32,000 nt of DNA from Aliivibrio fischeri ES114 (GTDB lineage: Bacteria > Pseudomonadota > Gammaproteobacteria > Enterobacterales > Vibrionaceae). Position 1 is the first letter of the stretch. Every line of letters begins with the position of its first letter. The notes under the pieces are model-generated. The model was not told the DNA's origin. It was given only the letters and a program-made list of their open reading frames with translations, and ran no database searches. Location of the stretch: assembly GCF_000011805.1 (NCBI RefSeq), contig NC_006840.2. The stretch is one strand, 5' to 3'. Shown piece after piece: positions 1-9,820 of the stretch. A program made the translations under genes and the position numbers.

Positions 1-1
1 A

Positions 2-448
2 GGTCCAGTAGTTATAAAAATATTTTCACAATCTGGGGTTGGTGCATATATTTCAGCAAGAAAACGGTTAGTGTCTTCTTATTTTAAGTATATAACGATA
101 GGTTTTATCGTAAGTTTAATTGTTGGCTCTTTATATATATATATTTCTAATAAAGAAATTTATAGCGACAATTATTTATCCTTCTGTATATTACTTTTAT
201 CAACAGCAATTCTTGCTTTTGGTCAAGTTTTTAGAGTTGATTTGTATTTACTAGAGAAGGATAAGGTTTTATTTTTAATATATCTTTCATCTTTGTTATT
301 TAATCTATTGCTGCTATCTATACTGCTACCAATATATGGCGTATTAGGAGCAAGTATAACCTCTTTAATATCAACTTCTTTTATGGTTTTTACAAAAATA
401 ATGCAGTCTAAAAAATATCTTAAATTGGTGGCTTTAAATGAGTGTTAA
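2..448 (+). CDS. C-terminal part of a multi-pass membrane protein, probably a Wzx/MOP-family polysaccharide flippase (5' end lies outside the window)
   Basis: Frame 2 is open from the first base of the window to TAA at 446-448. The translated tail is nearly all hydrophobic helices. It heads a sugar-nucleotide/glycosyltransferase operon and is very AT-rich. The family call rests on context and TM character only. Confidence 0.5.
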   Translation, partial: GPVVIKIFSQSGVGAYISARKRLVSSYFKYITIGFIVSLIVGSLYIYISNKEIYSDNYLSFCILLLSTAILAFGQVFRVDLYLLEKDKVLFLIYLSSLLFNLLLLSILLPIYGVLGASITSLISTSFMVFTKIMQSKKYLKLVALNEC

Positions 449-1541
449 AGTAAATAATGCTATTTTATCAAGGGTGATTATTGACTCTCTTGAGAATGAA
501 TACGAAATGGATGTTTATTTTAATAGGAAACTAAATAATAAATATATGTTTTTCAGGCCATATGCTAAAAATAATCATAACTTTATTATGTTTTTTTTGG
601 AGTCTATTCTGTCATTTTTTCTTCTTTTGTTTTCATTTGCGATTCCTATTATTAACTTTAGGTTGATTAGGTTTTATCATAAAGGGGGGTCTAGAAATAT
701 AATATTTATCCCTTCTCTAAAAGCTCAGTCTATACATGATGATATTGATGTTGACACAAGTAAGTTTGACTCTGAGATATCATTTATTAATGGAAGTAAG
801 AAAGAAAAAAAACGATTTAAGAGTGGCGATTATACATTGTATTTATATTGTATTTTTTTGTTTTTTAAAAAATATTTTAATTCTCCTTGGTTTTATCGTT
901 CCATTTTACTTATCCCTGAGATGATTGCTTTAGTTTCTTGTTTGAGGTTATCAAAAGCAAATAATATAGCTATGACAAATCAACTTGATAGATGGGCATA
1001 TCTAATATCGAGTTTTTCTAAAATAAATGATTGTTCTTTATCATTATATCAACATGGAACTGTTATTGGTGAATTTAAGCCAAAGAATAAGTTGCCAATA
1101 GTGAATATTTTATATAGTTATAACCAGGCGGAAAGGGATTTTTTTGAAAGTAACATTATAGATATTCTATGCGATTGTGTTTATTTGAAACCAAAAATAA
1201 AACTATCTGAAATTAGTCATAAAAGTAGTTTGTTGATTATTGGTTCAGGAAGTATTGAGCATTTCTCTATTGAGGTTGAGACTGTAAAATATTTAATGCA
1301 TAATAAGCGGTTTTTTGTATATATAAAACCACACCCGAATTTATTAGTTAATAGGAACTATTTAGAATTTGATAAAGAAAGATTAAGTATTATATCTGAT
1401 AATGTTTTTTTTCCAAATGTGGATGTGGTTATTCATTTTGGTTCTACATTGGCTATTGAATATGAAAATTCAAAAGAGAACATACGTGTAATCGAGTTAA
1501 ATAAAAACTCTAATATAATAGAAAAATTAAATTTAATTTGA
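438..1541 (+). CDS. Unknown polysaccharide-locus protein; N-terminal hydrophobic segments and a C-terminal domain with an HP-type motif (YIKPHPN ... GSTLAIEYE) reminiscent of GT-B sialyltransferase-like transferases
   Basis: 367-aa ORF whose ATG overlaps the upstream stop by 11 nt. It is extremely AT-rich with many homopolymer runs. It has 2-3 hydrophobic segments, too few for a Wzy polymerase. I recognise only the QHG / KPHP / S-T-L..E pattern, so the family is uncertain. Confidence 0.6.
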   Translation: MSVKVNNAILSRVIIDSLENEYEMDVYFNRKLNNKYMFFRPYAKNNHNFIMFFLESILSFFLLLFSFAIPIINFRLIRFYHKGGSRNIIFIPSLKAQSIHDDIDVDTSKFDSEISFINGSKKEKKRFKSGDYTLYLYCIFLFFKKYFNSPWFYRSILLIPEMIALVSCLRLSKANNIAMTNQLDRWAYLISSFSKINDCSLSLYQHGTVIGEFKPKNKLPIVNILYSYNQAERDFFESNIIDILCDCVYLKPKIKLSEISHKSSLLIIGSGSIEHFSIEVETVKYLMHNKRFFVYIKPHPNLLVNRNYLEFDKERLSIISDNVFFPNVDVVIHFGSTLAIEYENSKENIRVIELNKNSNIIEKLNLI

Positions 1542-1618
1542 ATTTAAAAAGATTAATACCACTGAAATATTTGTAGATCTTTCTTTTTAATGAATTATTG
1601 TGGTTTATAGAGGTTTGA

Positions 1619-2656
1619 ATGTTTAAAGATAAAATATTATTAATCACTGGTGGAACTGGTTCTTTTGGTAACGCAGTTCTAGATCGTTTTTTAGAAACGG
1701 ATATTAAAGAAATACGCATTTTTTCTCGTGATGAAAAAAAGCAAGATGATATGCGTAAAAAGTATAACTCACCTAAGTTAAAGTTTTATATTGGCGATGT
1801 ACGTGACTACAATTCAATTTTATCAGCCTCTCGTGGTGTTGATTTTGTTTTCCATGCAGCAGCATTAAAGCAAGTTCCTTCCTGTGAATTTCATCCGATG
1901 GAAGCGGTGAAAACCAATGTTTTAGGCACGGAGAATGTTCTTGAAGCTTGTATTGCGAATGAAGTTTCTCGTGTTGTATGCTTGAGTACCGATAAAGCGG
2001 TATATCCAATCAATGCCATGGGTATTTCCAAGGCGATGATGGAGAAGGTTATTGTTGCGAAATCACGTAATGTTGATCCTAATAAAACGGTGATATCGAC
2101 AACTCGTTACGGTAATGTAATGGCTTCTCGAGGTTCTGTTATTCCATTATTCTTACGACAAATAATGAGTGGTGATGCTATTACCATTACAGATCCTAAT
2201 ATGACTCGTTTTATGATGACATTAAATGATGCTGTAGATCTTGTTTTGCATGCATTTATTTATGGTATTAATGGTGATATTTTTGTTCAAAAAGCGCCAG
2301 CGGCTACAATTGATGTTTTAGTTCAAGCGTTAAAAGCTATCACGTCAAAACCTGAGCATGAAGTTAATGTGATTGGTACTCGCCATGGTGAAAAATTATA
2401 TGAAGCATTATGTAGCCGTGAGGAGATGTTTGTAGCAGAAGATCAAGGTGGTTACTATCGTATACCTTCAGATAATCGAGACCTTAATTACTCACAATAT
2501 GTAGAAGAAGGCGAACAAGATCTATCTACTATTGAAGATTATAATTCTCATAACACAGATCGTTTAGATGTAGATGGTATGATTGAATTACTTCATAAGT
2601 TAGATTTTATTGCTGATATTGAAGCGGGTAGCCTAATCGTTCCTGAAGGTGTGTAA
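1619..2656 (+). CDS. fnlA: UDP-N-acetylglucosamine 4,6-dehydratase/5-epimerase (FnlA/CapE/WbjB family), first step of UDP-L-FucNAc synthesis
   Basis: 345 aa. The N-terminus MFKDKILLITGGTGSFGNAVLDRFL is characteristic of CapE/FnlA. It has the SDR fold and is followed by the cognate fnlB and fnlC genes. Confidence 0.9.
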   Translation: MFKDKILLITGGTGSFGNAVLDRFLETDIKEIRIFSRDEKKQDDMRKKYNSPKLKFYIGDVRDYNSILSASRGVDFVFHAAALKQVPSCEFHPMEAVKTNVLGTENVLEACIANEVSRVVCLSTDKAVYPINAMGISKAMMEKVIVAKSRNVDPNKTVISTTRYGNVMASRGSVIPLFLRQIMSGDAITITDPNMTRFMMTLNDAVDLVLHAFIYGINGDIFVQKAPAATIDVLVQALKAITSKPEHEVNVIGTRHGEKLYEALCSREEMFVAEDQGGYYRIPSDNRDLNYSQYVEEGEQDLSTIEDYNSHNTDRLDVDGMIELLHKLDFIADIEAGSLIVPEGV

Positions 2657-3759
2657 TGAAAATTCTTGTAACAGGCGCAAATGGCTTCATTGGCAAAAAT
2701 CTCTGTTTTCAACTAGAGGAGCAGGGCTTTACTGATCTAATTAAAATAGATCGTAGTAATTCAACCGAAGAGTTAAATGAAGCATTAAAGTCGGCAGATT
2801 TTATTTATCATTTAGCGGGTGTTAATCGTCCGCAAAATGATGATGAGTTTAAACTAGGCAATGCTGATTTAACGTCGCATATTATATCTAAATTAAAAGA
2901 GTTAAATCGAACACCCCCAATACTCTTAACGTCTTCAATTCAAGCTGAGCAATCCAATGCTTATGGCGTAAGCAAAGCATTAGCTGAAGATGCCTTGAAT
3001 AGCTATGCTGAGCAATCAGGAGCAAAAGTTTATATTTACCGATTGCCTAATGTTTTTGGCAAGTGGTGTCGCCCTAATTACAACTCTGTAGTCGCTACGT
3101 TTTGTCATAATATTGTGAATGATTTACCACTAACAATTAATGACCCATCAGCGAAAGTGAACTTAGTTTATATTGATACTGTTTGTGAGCACTTTATCCA
3201 TCACTTAAGCAATAATGAACCGGGTGGGGAACAATCAATTAAACTGATTTATCCGACAACGGTAGGTGATATTGCTACGGCGCTAGAATCATTTAAAGCG
3301 AGTAAAACATCTTTAGTGACCGAAAATGTAGGCACTGGTTTCTTACGTGCATTGTATTCTACTTATATCAGCTATTACTCTCCTGAGCAGTTCTCATACA
3401 CCATACCAGCATATACAGATCCTCGTGGTTCTTTCTGTGAATTATTAAAAACGAAAGATGCCGGTCAATTTTCATTTTTTACTGCACACCCAGGTATTAC
3501 TCGTGGTGGACATTATCATCATACTAAGAATGAAAAATTTCTGGTGATTAAAGGTGAGGCTAAATTCCGTTTCGAGCATATAGCTACGGGTGAATGCTAT
3601 GAGTTGGATGTAACGGGGGAAGATTATAAGGTTGTTGAAACCGTCCCTGGTTGGACTCATGATGTAACAAACATTGGAGAGTCTGAGCTTGTTGTTATGT
3701 TATGGGCAAATGAGATCTTTGATCGAGAAAAACCAGATACGTTTACGAAACCACTGTAG
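2656..3759 (+). CDS. fnlB: Bifunctional reductase of the L-FucNAc pathway (FnlB/CapF/WbjC family: N-terminal SDR plus C-terminal cupin)
   Basis: 367 aa. GANGFIGKNL Rossmann motif at the N-terminus and a cupin-like C-terminus (GGHYHHTKNEKF...PGWTHDVTNIG). The start overlaps the fnlA stop (TAATG). Confidence 0.85.
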   Translation: MKILVTGANGFIGKNLCFQLEEQGFTDLIKIDRSNSTEELNEALKSADFIYHLAGVNRPQNDDEFKLGNADLTSHIISKLKELNRTPPILLTSSIQAEQSNAYGVSKALAEDALNSYAEQSGAKVYIYRLPNVFGKWCRPNYNSVVATFCHNIVNDLPLTINDPSAKVNLVYIDTVCEHFIHHLSNNEPGGEQSIKLIYPTTVGDIATALESFKASKTSLVTENVGTGFLRALYSTYISYYSPEQFSYTIPAYTDPRGSFCELLKTKDAGQFSFFTAHPGITRGGHYHHTKNEKFLVIKGEAKFRFEHIATGECYELDVTGEDYKVVETVPGWTHDVTNIGESELVVMLWANEIFDREKPDTFTKPL

Positions 3760-3768
3760 GAATAAAAA

Positions 3769-4899
3769 ATGAAAAAATTAAAAGTAATGTCAGTGGTAGG
3801 TACCCGCCCTGAAATTATTCGTTTATCGCGTGTATTGGCTAAATTAGATGAGCACTGCGAACACATTTTAGTTCATACTGGTCAAAATTATGATTTTGAA
3901 CTTAATGAAGTTTTCTTTAATGATCTAGGTGTTCGTAAGCCGGATTACTTTTTGGATGCCGCGGGTAAAAACGCGGCTGAAACTATTGGCCAGGTGATTA
4001 TTAAAGTTGATCAAGCCTTAGAAGAGATTCTGCCTGATGCGATGCTAGTACTAGGAGATACAAATTCTTGTCTGTCGGCTATTCCTGCAAAACGCCATAA
4101 GGTTCCAATTTTCCATATGGAAGCTGGAAATCGTTGTTTTGATCAGCGAGTACCGGAAGAGACTAATCGACGTATTGTTGATCATACTGCAGATATTAAT
4201 TTAACTTATAGCAGTATTGCTCGTGATTATCTTTTAGCTGAGGGTTTACCTGCTGATCGTGTAATTAAAACGGGCAGCCCTATGTTTGAAGTATTAAATC
4301 ATTACATGCCTCAAATAGATGCGTCTGATGTTTTATCTCGTCTAGGTTTAAAACAAGGTCAGTTTTTTGTCGTTAGTGCGCACCGTGAAGAGAATGTTGA
4401 TTCACCAAAGCAGTTAGCAAAATTGGCAGAGTCACTTAATTGTGTTGCTGAGTATTATAACCTTCCAGTAATTGTTTCTACGCACCCTCGAACTCGTAAT
4501 AGAATTGAAGCTCAAGGCATTGAGTTTCACAAGAATATACAATTGCTTAAACCATTAGGATTTCATGATTATAATCACCTTCAGAAAAACGCCAAAGTAG
4601 TATTATCTGATAGTGGAACGATTAATGAAGAATCTTCTATTATGAATTTCCCTGCATTAAACTTGCGTGAAGCACATGAACGTCCTGAAGGGATGGAAGA
4701 AGCGTCAGTCATGATGGTAGGGTTGAGTGTTGAACGAGTAATGCAAGCACTGCAAATATTAGAATCTCAACCAAGTGGAGATGAGCGCTTACTACGCCTT
4801 GTATATGATTATAGTATGCCGAATGTATCCGATAAAATGGTGAGAATCATTCATTCTTACACTGATTATGTTAAGCGTGTGGTTTGGAAAGAGTATTAA
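3769..4899 (+). CDS. fnlC: Non-hydrolysing UDP-N-acetylglucosamine 2-epimerase family enzyme (FnlC/CapG/WbjD)
   Basis: 376 aa. MKKLKVMSVVGTRPEIIRLS is the typical WecB/CapG-family N-terminus. It is the third gene of the fnlABC set. Confidence 0.9.
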   Translation: MKKLKVMSVVGTRPEIIRLSRVLAKLDEHCEHILVHTGQNYDFELNEVFFNDLGVRKPDYFLDAAGKNAAETIGQVIIKVDQALEEILPDAMLVLGDTNSCLSAIPAKRHKVPIFHMEAGNRCFDQRVPEETNRRIVDHTADINLTYSSIARDYLLAEGLPADRVIKTGSPMFEVLNHYMPQIDASDVLSRLGLKQGQFFVVSAHREENVDSPKQLAKLAESLNCVAEYYNLPVIVSTHPRTRNRIEAQGIEFHKNIQLLKPLGFHDYNHLQKNAKVVLSDSGTINEESSIMNFPALNLREAHERPEGMEEASVMMVGLSVERVMQALQILESQPSGDERLLRLVYDYSMPNVSDKMVRIIHSYTDYVKRVVWKEY

Positions 4900-4900
4900 T

Positions 4901-6112
4901 GTGAAAAAAAAAATCGTAATTCTTGCTGAGTATATCGGTGAGAATCATAACTCAACAGCATATTATTGGTCACAAATTACTAAGCATTTACAGGGGGAAT
5001 ATGAGATTGTCCTTATTGCCCCAGAGAATAAATACTCACTTTTTTTTGCTTCTGAAAATAAGATAACTACACGTTTTGTTAAATTAGCTGAACATAATAA
5101 AAACAATTTATTATCGCGCTTACAGGGGCAAATTAAGCAAACCATGAGCTTCCTTTCAGTAGTTAAAGAGGAGGTGGGGAGTGCGGATCTTCTTTTTTCA
5201 GGAACTAACCCTATCGTTACGATGGCGAGCTTAGTGTTATTAAAGTGGCGATACCGTTTTCAATGGTTGGTCTTAGTTCATGATGTTTTTCCTAATAATT
5301 TAATTCCTGCTAAAGTGCTTTCTGCCTCTAGCCCTTTTTATAAAGCATTAATTGCCTTATCAAAGAAGATGTATGCTGCACCAGATAGTATGATCTGTAT
5401 CGGTCGTGATATGAAGGTACTTCTGAAACAGAAAATAGGTAATGAAAAACATATCCATTACATCCCTAATTGGGCATCGACAGAAAAAATCCCTTCTTTA
5501 AATAAATCAGATAATAAGATAATTACTGATTTAGGTTGGCAGAATCAGGTCGTGTATCAGTTTTTTGGCAATATGGGGCGTTTACAAGGAATGGGAAATT
5601 TAGTAAAGGCCATTCAACAGTCAACACATCAGCAAGCTCGATTCTTATTTATTGGCTGTGGTTCAGAAGCGGACAATGTGCAGAAATCCCTTGGTCAAAT
5701 AAATGAGGAGTGTGGTTATGATAAAACTCATTTTTACGGGCGTTTGGATTTGGAAAAAAATCATATAGGCTTAAACGCTTGTGATATATCCTTGGTAACA
5801 TTATCTGACAATATGTGTGGATTAGGTGTGCCAAGCAAGGCGTATTTTTCTATGGCCGCAGACAAACCCATTCTTTATGTTGGTGATGGTGATTCAGAAT
5901 TATCTATTTTGCTATCTGAATATCCAGTAGGTTGGGCGTGTGAACCTGAGCAGCCCACACTATTGGCTCAACAGCTTGATGCGATTACAGAAAATTGTTT
6001 AATAAGTGAAATGCCAAAAATGCGGCCAAGAGTGCTATTAACAGAGCATTTTTCTGAGGCCTTAGCGTTAACTAAAATAGCAAGGGTTGTGAATTCAACA
6101 ATCGAATTATGA
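4901..6112 (+). CDS. GT4-family glycosyltransferase, WbuB/WbjE-like (probable L-FucNAc transferase)
   Basis: The ORF lies directly after fnlC, as in known L-FucNAc clusters. I prefer the GTG at 4901 (VKKKIVILAEY..., 2 nt after the fnlC stop) over the in-frame ATG at 4868, which would overlap fnlC by 32 nt. Function is inferred from position and GT-B-like sequence character. Confidence 0.65.
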   Translation: MKKKIVILAEYIGENHNSTAYYWSQITKHLQGEYEIVLIAPENKYSLFFASENKITTRFVKLAEHNKNNLLSRLQGQIKQTMSFLSVVKEEVGSADLLFSGTNPIVTMASLVLLKWRYRFQWLVLVHDVFPNNLIPAKVLSASSPFYKALIALSKKMYAAPDSMICIGRDMKVLLKQKIGNEKHIHYIPNWASTEKIPSLNKSDNKIITDLGWQNQVVYQFFGNMGRLQGMGNLVKAIQQSTHQQARFLFIGCGSEADNVQKSLGQINEECGYDKTHFYGRLDLEKNHIGLNACDISLVTLSDNMCGLGVPSKAYFSMAADKPILYVGDGDSELSILLSEYPVGWACEPEQPTLLAQQLDAITENCLISEMPKMRPRVLLTEHFSEALALTKIARVVNSTIEL

Positions 6113-7020
6113 ATATATTATTAACCGGTGGTTTTGGGTTTATTGGGCAACAAGTTGTAAAACTATCTCCTATCAAGCGGAAAGTTGTGAGAATGGGGGA
6201 GTCATATTCTGGATCATCAGTACATCAGATCGATACACTTAGTACTACCACGAATTGGCAAGGCGCATTCACCGACATCAATGCAATAATTCATCTCGCA
6301 GGCTTAGCTCATTCTAATTCATTTTCTGAGCAAGATTATCAAGAGGTGAATGTTGACGGTACTTTGCACTTAGCCAATGAAGCAGCAAAATCAGGGGTTA
6401 AGCGTTTTGTGTTTGTTAGTTCTATTGGTGTAAATGGAACCTCAACATACCAAACCCCTTTTTCTTCGTTATCCAAAGTAGAGCCTCATAGTGCTTATGC
6501 TCAATCAAAGTATGATGCTGAAGTTGGTCTCCAAAAAATAGCAGAAGAGACTGGATTGGAAGTGGTTATCGTTAGGCCAACCTTAGTGTATGGTCCTAAT
6601 GCACCTGGGAATTTTGGGGCATTGACTCGCTTGGTAAATAAAGTACCAGTATTACCATTTGGTTTAGTAAATAATAAGCGTGATTTTATTTCGGTTCAAA
6701 ATCTCGCAGATTTGTTAATTACTTGCGCAAACGATCCAAAGGCTGCTGGTCGTACTTTTTTGGCTTCTGATGGGCAAGTGGTATCTATCAAAGATTTTAC
6801 TAATGCAATCGCAAAAGGTTTGAATAAACGAGTTATTCAGCTACCTATCCCTGTATGGTGCATGAGATTAGCTGGAAAATTGCTTGGTAAGGAGGTTATG
6901 ATTGAGCAGCTTGTAGGAAACCTAGAGGTTGATTCATCAAATGCGCAAGAAGTGCTAGGATGGATTCCTCCTTATACTATGCAACAAGCAATGCATTCAC
7001 TATTAGAGAATAATAAATGA
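6109..7020 (+). CDS. NAD-dependent extended-SDR sugar epimerase/4-reductase (WbjF/WbpV/WreQ-like)
   Basis: 303 aa. TGGFGFIG Rossmann motif and YAQSK catalytic YxxxK. ATGA overlaps with both neighbours. Confidence 0.8.
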   Translation: MNILLTGGFGFIGQQVVKLSPIKRKVVRMGESYSGSSVHQIDTLSTTTNWQGAFTDINAIIHLAGLAHSNSFSEQDYQEVNVDGTLHLANEAAKSGVKRFVFVSSIGVNGTSTYQTPFSSLSKVEPHSAYAQSKYDAEVGLQKIAEETGLEVVIVRPTLVYGPNAPGNFGALTRLVNKVPVLPFGLVNNKRDFISVQNLADLLITCANDPKAAGRTFLASDGQVVSIKDFTNAIAKGLNKRVIQLPIPVWCMRLAGKLLGKEVMIEQLVGNLEVDSSNAQEVLGWIPPYTMQQAMHSLLENNK

Positions 7021-7565
7021 TACGTATTTTAGATTTTCTAGCCGCCTTCTTTGGTTTGTTATTTTTATGGCCAGTGCTATTAATTGTTACGATTATTGGC
7101 CTATTTGATACTGGCTCGCCTGTTTTTATTCAAGAGCGAGTAGGGCGTAATAAAAAACCGTTTAATTTAATCAAGTTTCGAACTATGTCTGTGGAAACCA
7201 AATCGGTTGCAAGCCATCTAGCTAGTAATGCCTCTATTACTAAATTAGGTGCATTTTTACGAAAAACAAAAATAGATGAATTGCCACAATTGATTAATGT
7301 TATGAAGGGTGAAATGAGTTTAGTCGGGCCTCGCCCAAATTTATTTAATCAAGAAGAGTTAATTAAAGAGCGCGATGCTCTTGGAGTGTATGATGTGCTG
7401 CCTGGTGTTACCGGTTTAGCACAGGTCCAAAACATCGATATGTCTACACCAGCGCTACTAGCGAAAACTGATAGAAAAATGATCGATACGTTAACAGTAA
7501 AGAGTTATTTTCAATATATTCTGATGACCGCTACAGGTAGTGGTTCTGGTGATGCAGTTAAATAA
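7017..7565 (+). CDS. Small monotopic phosphoglycosyl transferase (bacterial sugar transferase family, PglC/WreU-like initiating enzyme)
   Basis: 182 aa. It has a single N-terminal hydrophobic helix, then FIQERVGRNKKPFNLIKFRTM ... DELPQLINVMKGEMSLVGPRP, the hallmark of this family. Confidence 0.85.
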   Translation: MIRILDFLAAFFGLLFLWPVLLIVTIIGLFDTGSPVFIQERVGRNKKPFNLIKFRTMSVETKSVASHLASNASITKLGAFLRKTKIDELPQLINVMKGEMSLVGPRPNLFNQEELIKERDALGVYDVLPGVTGLAQVQNIDMSTPALLAKTDRKMIDTLTVKSYFQYILMTATGSGSGDAVK

Positions 7566-7579
7566 TAAAGAGAATAGTC

Positions 7580-9487
7580 ATGCAGTTCTTACAACCGATT
7601 TGGAGTATGCCAAGACCATTGAAGCGTCTTGTGAGTATCGTTGTTGATATTTTATTTATTGTTTTTGCTTTTTGGGCTGCTTTTGCTACGCGGTTGGACG
7701 GTATTGAAATTTATATGCAAGATGTTTCTTATTGGAAACTGCTTGCCGTATTGATTCCGTGTACATTATTGGTTTTTACTAAAAGTGGCCTATATCGTGC
7801 GATTCTTCGTTATTTAAGTTTGCATGCGGTTTTAAGTATTTGTATCTCTGCGATAATTTCTTCTGCTTTTATTGTTTTTATTTCGTATTTTAACTACTTA
7901 TACATGCCTCGCTCAATACCTGTAATATATGCAACTTATTTGGTTATGTTATGTGGTGGTTCAAGATTAATTGTTAGAGTTTTAGTTTCGGATTTATTAG
8001 GAAAGCAAAAAAAGAAAGTATTGATTTATGGAGCAGGTTCTGCAGGGTTACAGCTAGCTAATATGTTGCGCCAAGGAAAAGAATTTCATCCTATTGCATT
8101 CATTGATGATGATAGAAAAAAACACAAAACAACAATGCAAGGTATTACTATTTATAGACCTAAGTATCTTGAAAGATTAATAAAAAAACATTGCATATCA
8201 ACAGTGTTATTAGCCGTACCTTCTGCTTCTCAGGTACAGAAAAAAGTGATTATCGAGTCCTTGGCTAAGTTGCATGTTGAAGTTTTGACAATTCCTAATT
8301 TAGACGATTTAGTTAATGGCAAGCTTTCTATCGGACAACTTAAAGAGGTCTCTATTGATGACTTGTTGGGACGTGTGGCTGTAACCCCTCAAGCTGAATT
8401 AATGGAAGCAAATATTAAAGATAAAGTGGTGATGGTAACGGGAGCTGGAGGGTCTATTGGATCTGAGCTTTGCCGTCAAATTATTCTTAATAAACCAACT
8501 ACTTTAGTATTATTTGAGCTTTCTGAGTTTAGTTTGTATCAGATTGAACATGAGTTATCGCAAATAATTGCAAATCAACAGTTATCAATAAATGTAGTGC
8601 CTTTACTTGGTTCTGTTCAACGCTTGAATAGATTAGCAGCAACGATGAAGGCGTTTAAGGTGCAAACTGTTTATCATGCAGCGGCGTATAAACATGTACC
8701 TCTGGTTGAATATAACGTGGTTGAAGGTGTTCGTAATAATATTTTTGGAACCAACTACGCTGCACAAGCCGCCATTGAAGCAAAGGTTGAGTCTTTTGTA
8801 TTAATTTCAACAGATAAAGCGGTTCGGCCTACCAATGTTATGGGCACAACCAAGAGAGTGGCTGAACTTGGTTTGCAGGCCTTAGCACAAGTTGAAAATG
8901 CGAAGCCTAACGGTACTCGTTTTTGTATGGTTCGTTTCGGTAATGTGCTTGGTTCATCTGGTTCTGTTATTCCATTATTTAAAAAGCAAATCGCGCAAGG
9001 TGGTCCAATAACATTAACTCATAAAGATATTACTCGTTACTTTATGACCATTCCTGAAGCGGCTCAATTAGTGATTCAAGCTGGAGCGATGGGGAAAGGC
9101 GGAGATGTTTTTGTTTTGGATATGGGGGAATCAGTGAAGATCGCTGATCTTGCTCGTAATCTGATTCATTTATCTGGCTTAGAAGTGCGTAGTGATGAAA
9201 ATCCTGATGGCGATATAGAGATCCGATGTACTGGTCTTCGTCCCGGTGAAAAATTATATGAAGAGCTGTTGATTGGAGATAATGTGGGTAAAACCGCTCA
9301 TGAGCGTATTATGACTGCTAATGAGGAGTTTTTACCTTTAAACGAATATAACCAATTGTTAGATGATTTAGATACTGCTTGTCATAATTTTGATCATGCC
9401 ACTATTCGACAACTATTAATTGATGCTCCTACAGGGTTTGCTCCTGTTGATGGTATTGGTGATTTAGTTTGGAAAGCTGAGCAATAA
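7580..9487 (+). CDS. Membrane-bound nucleotide-sugar 4,6-dehydratase (WbpM/PglF/CapD family polysaccharide biosynthesis protein)
   Basis: 635 aa. N-terminal TM helices, then two Rossmann-like regions (LIYGAGSAG; VTGAGGSIGSEL) and the STDKAV..P motif typical of WbpM/CapD. Confidence 0.85.
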   Translation: MQFLQPIWSMPRPLKRLVSIVVDILFIVFAFWAAFATRLDGIEIYMQDVSYWKLLAVLIPCTLLVFTKSGLYRAILRYLSLHAVLSICISAIISSAFIVFISYFNYLYMPRSIPVIYATYLVMLCGGSRLIVRVLVSDLLGKQKKKVLIYGAGSAGLQLANMLRQGKEFHPIAFIDDDRKKHKTTMQGITIYRPKYLERLIKKHCISTVLLAVPSASQVQKKVIIESLAKLHVEVLTIPNLDDLVNGKLSIGQLKEVSIDDLLGRVAVTPQAELMEANIKDKVVMVTGAGGSIGSELCRQIILNKPTTLVLFELSEFSLYQIEHELSQIIANQQLSINVVPLLGSVQRLNRLAATMKAFKVQTVYHAAAYKHVPLVEYNVVEGVRNNIFGTNYAAQAAIEAKVESFVLISTDKAVRPTNVMGTTKRVAELGLQALAQVENAKPNGTRFCMVRFGNVLGSSGSVIPLFKKQIAQGGPITLTHKDITRYFMTIPEAAQLVIQAGAMGKGGDVFVLDMGESVKIADLARNLIHLSGLEVRSDENPDGDIEIRCTGLRPGEKLYEELLIGDNVGKTAHERIMTANEEFLPLNEYNQLLDDLDTACHNFDHATIRQLLIDAPTGFAPVDGIGDLVWKAEQ

Positions 9488-9494
9488 ATAATAT

Positions 9495-9769
9495 GGCGCT
9501 TCACTTCGAGATGTGAGGAAAAGAAAAAACGAGGATTCAGGTCGCAGGTTTCAGGAAGATCAAAGTGAGTACACCTGAAACCTTGTTTTTAGTTGTTTAT
9601 AATTAACCCCTCCATCTCCTCTTATAGTGATATTTTTAATCAAGTGACTATCTCGATAAAGGGGAGGAGCTATATTGTGATCGAGGTAACTCCAGCGAAT
9701 ACCTCTGAACTCTGCTTTTGATTTTCGCTCTTCCTCATCCCTCGAGCGAAGCGTCCTCGCTTCTAATCC
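9495..9769. repeat. Mosaic intergenic repeat copy 1 (degenerate A, B hairpin, one C-type hairpin, inverted A)
   Basis: Degenerate A at 9495-9519. GGTTTCAGG (9547-9555), N18, CCTGAAACC (9574-9582). C-type hairpin at 9605-9670. GCTCTTCCTCATCCCTCGAGCGAAGCGTCCTCGC at 9727-9760. Boundaries approximate. Confidence 0.8.
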
Positions 9770-9820
9770 GTTTCTCCCTTATAATCAAATTAGTTAAAAT
9801 TCCCTACAAGGATCATAAGA

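Noticed and set aside
736-1719. Small ORFs 736-924 (+) and 1510-1719 (-)
   Set aside because: They are AT-rich shadow ORFs, overlapping the 438-1541 CDS and the fnlA start region. No RBS or recognisable sequence.
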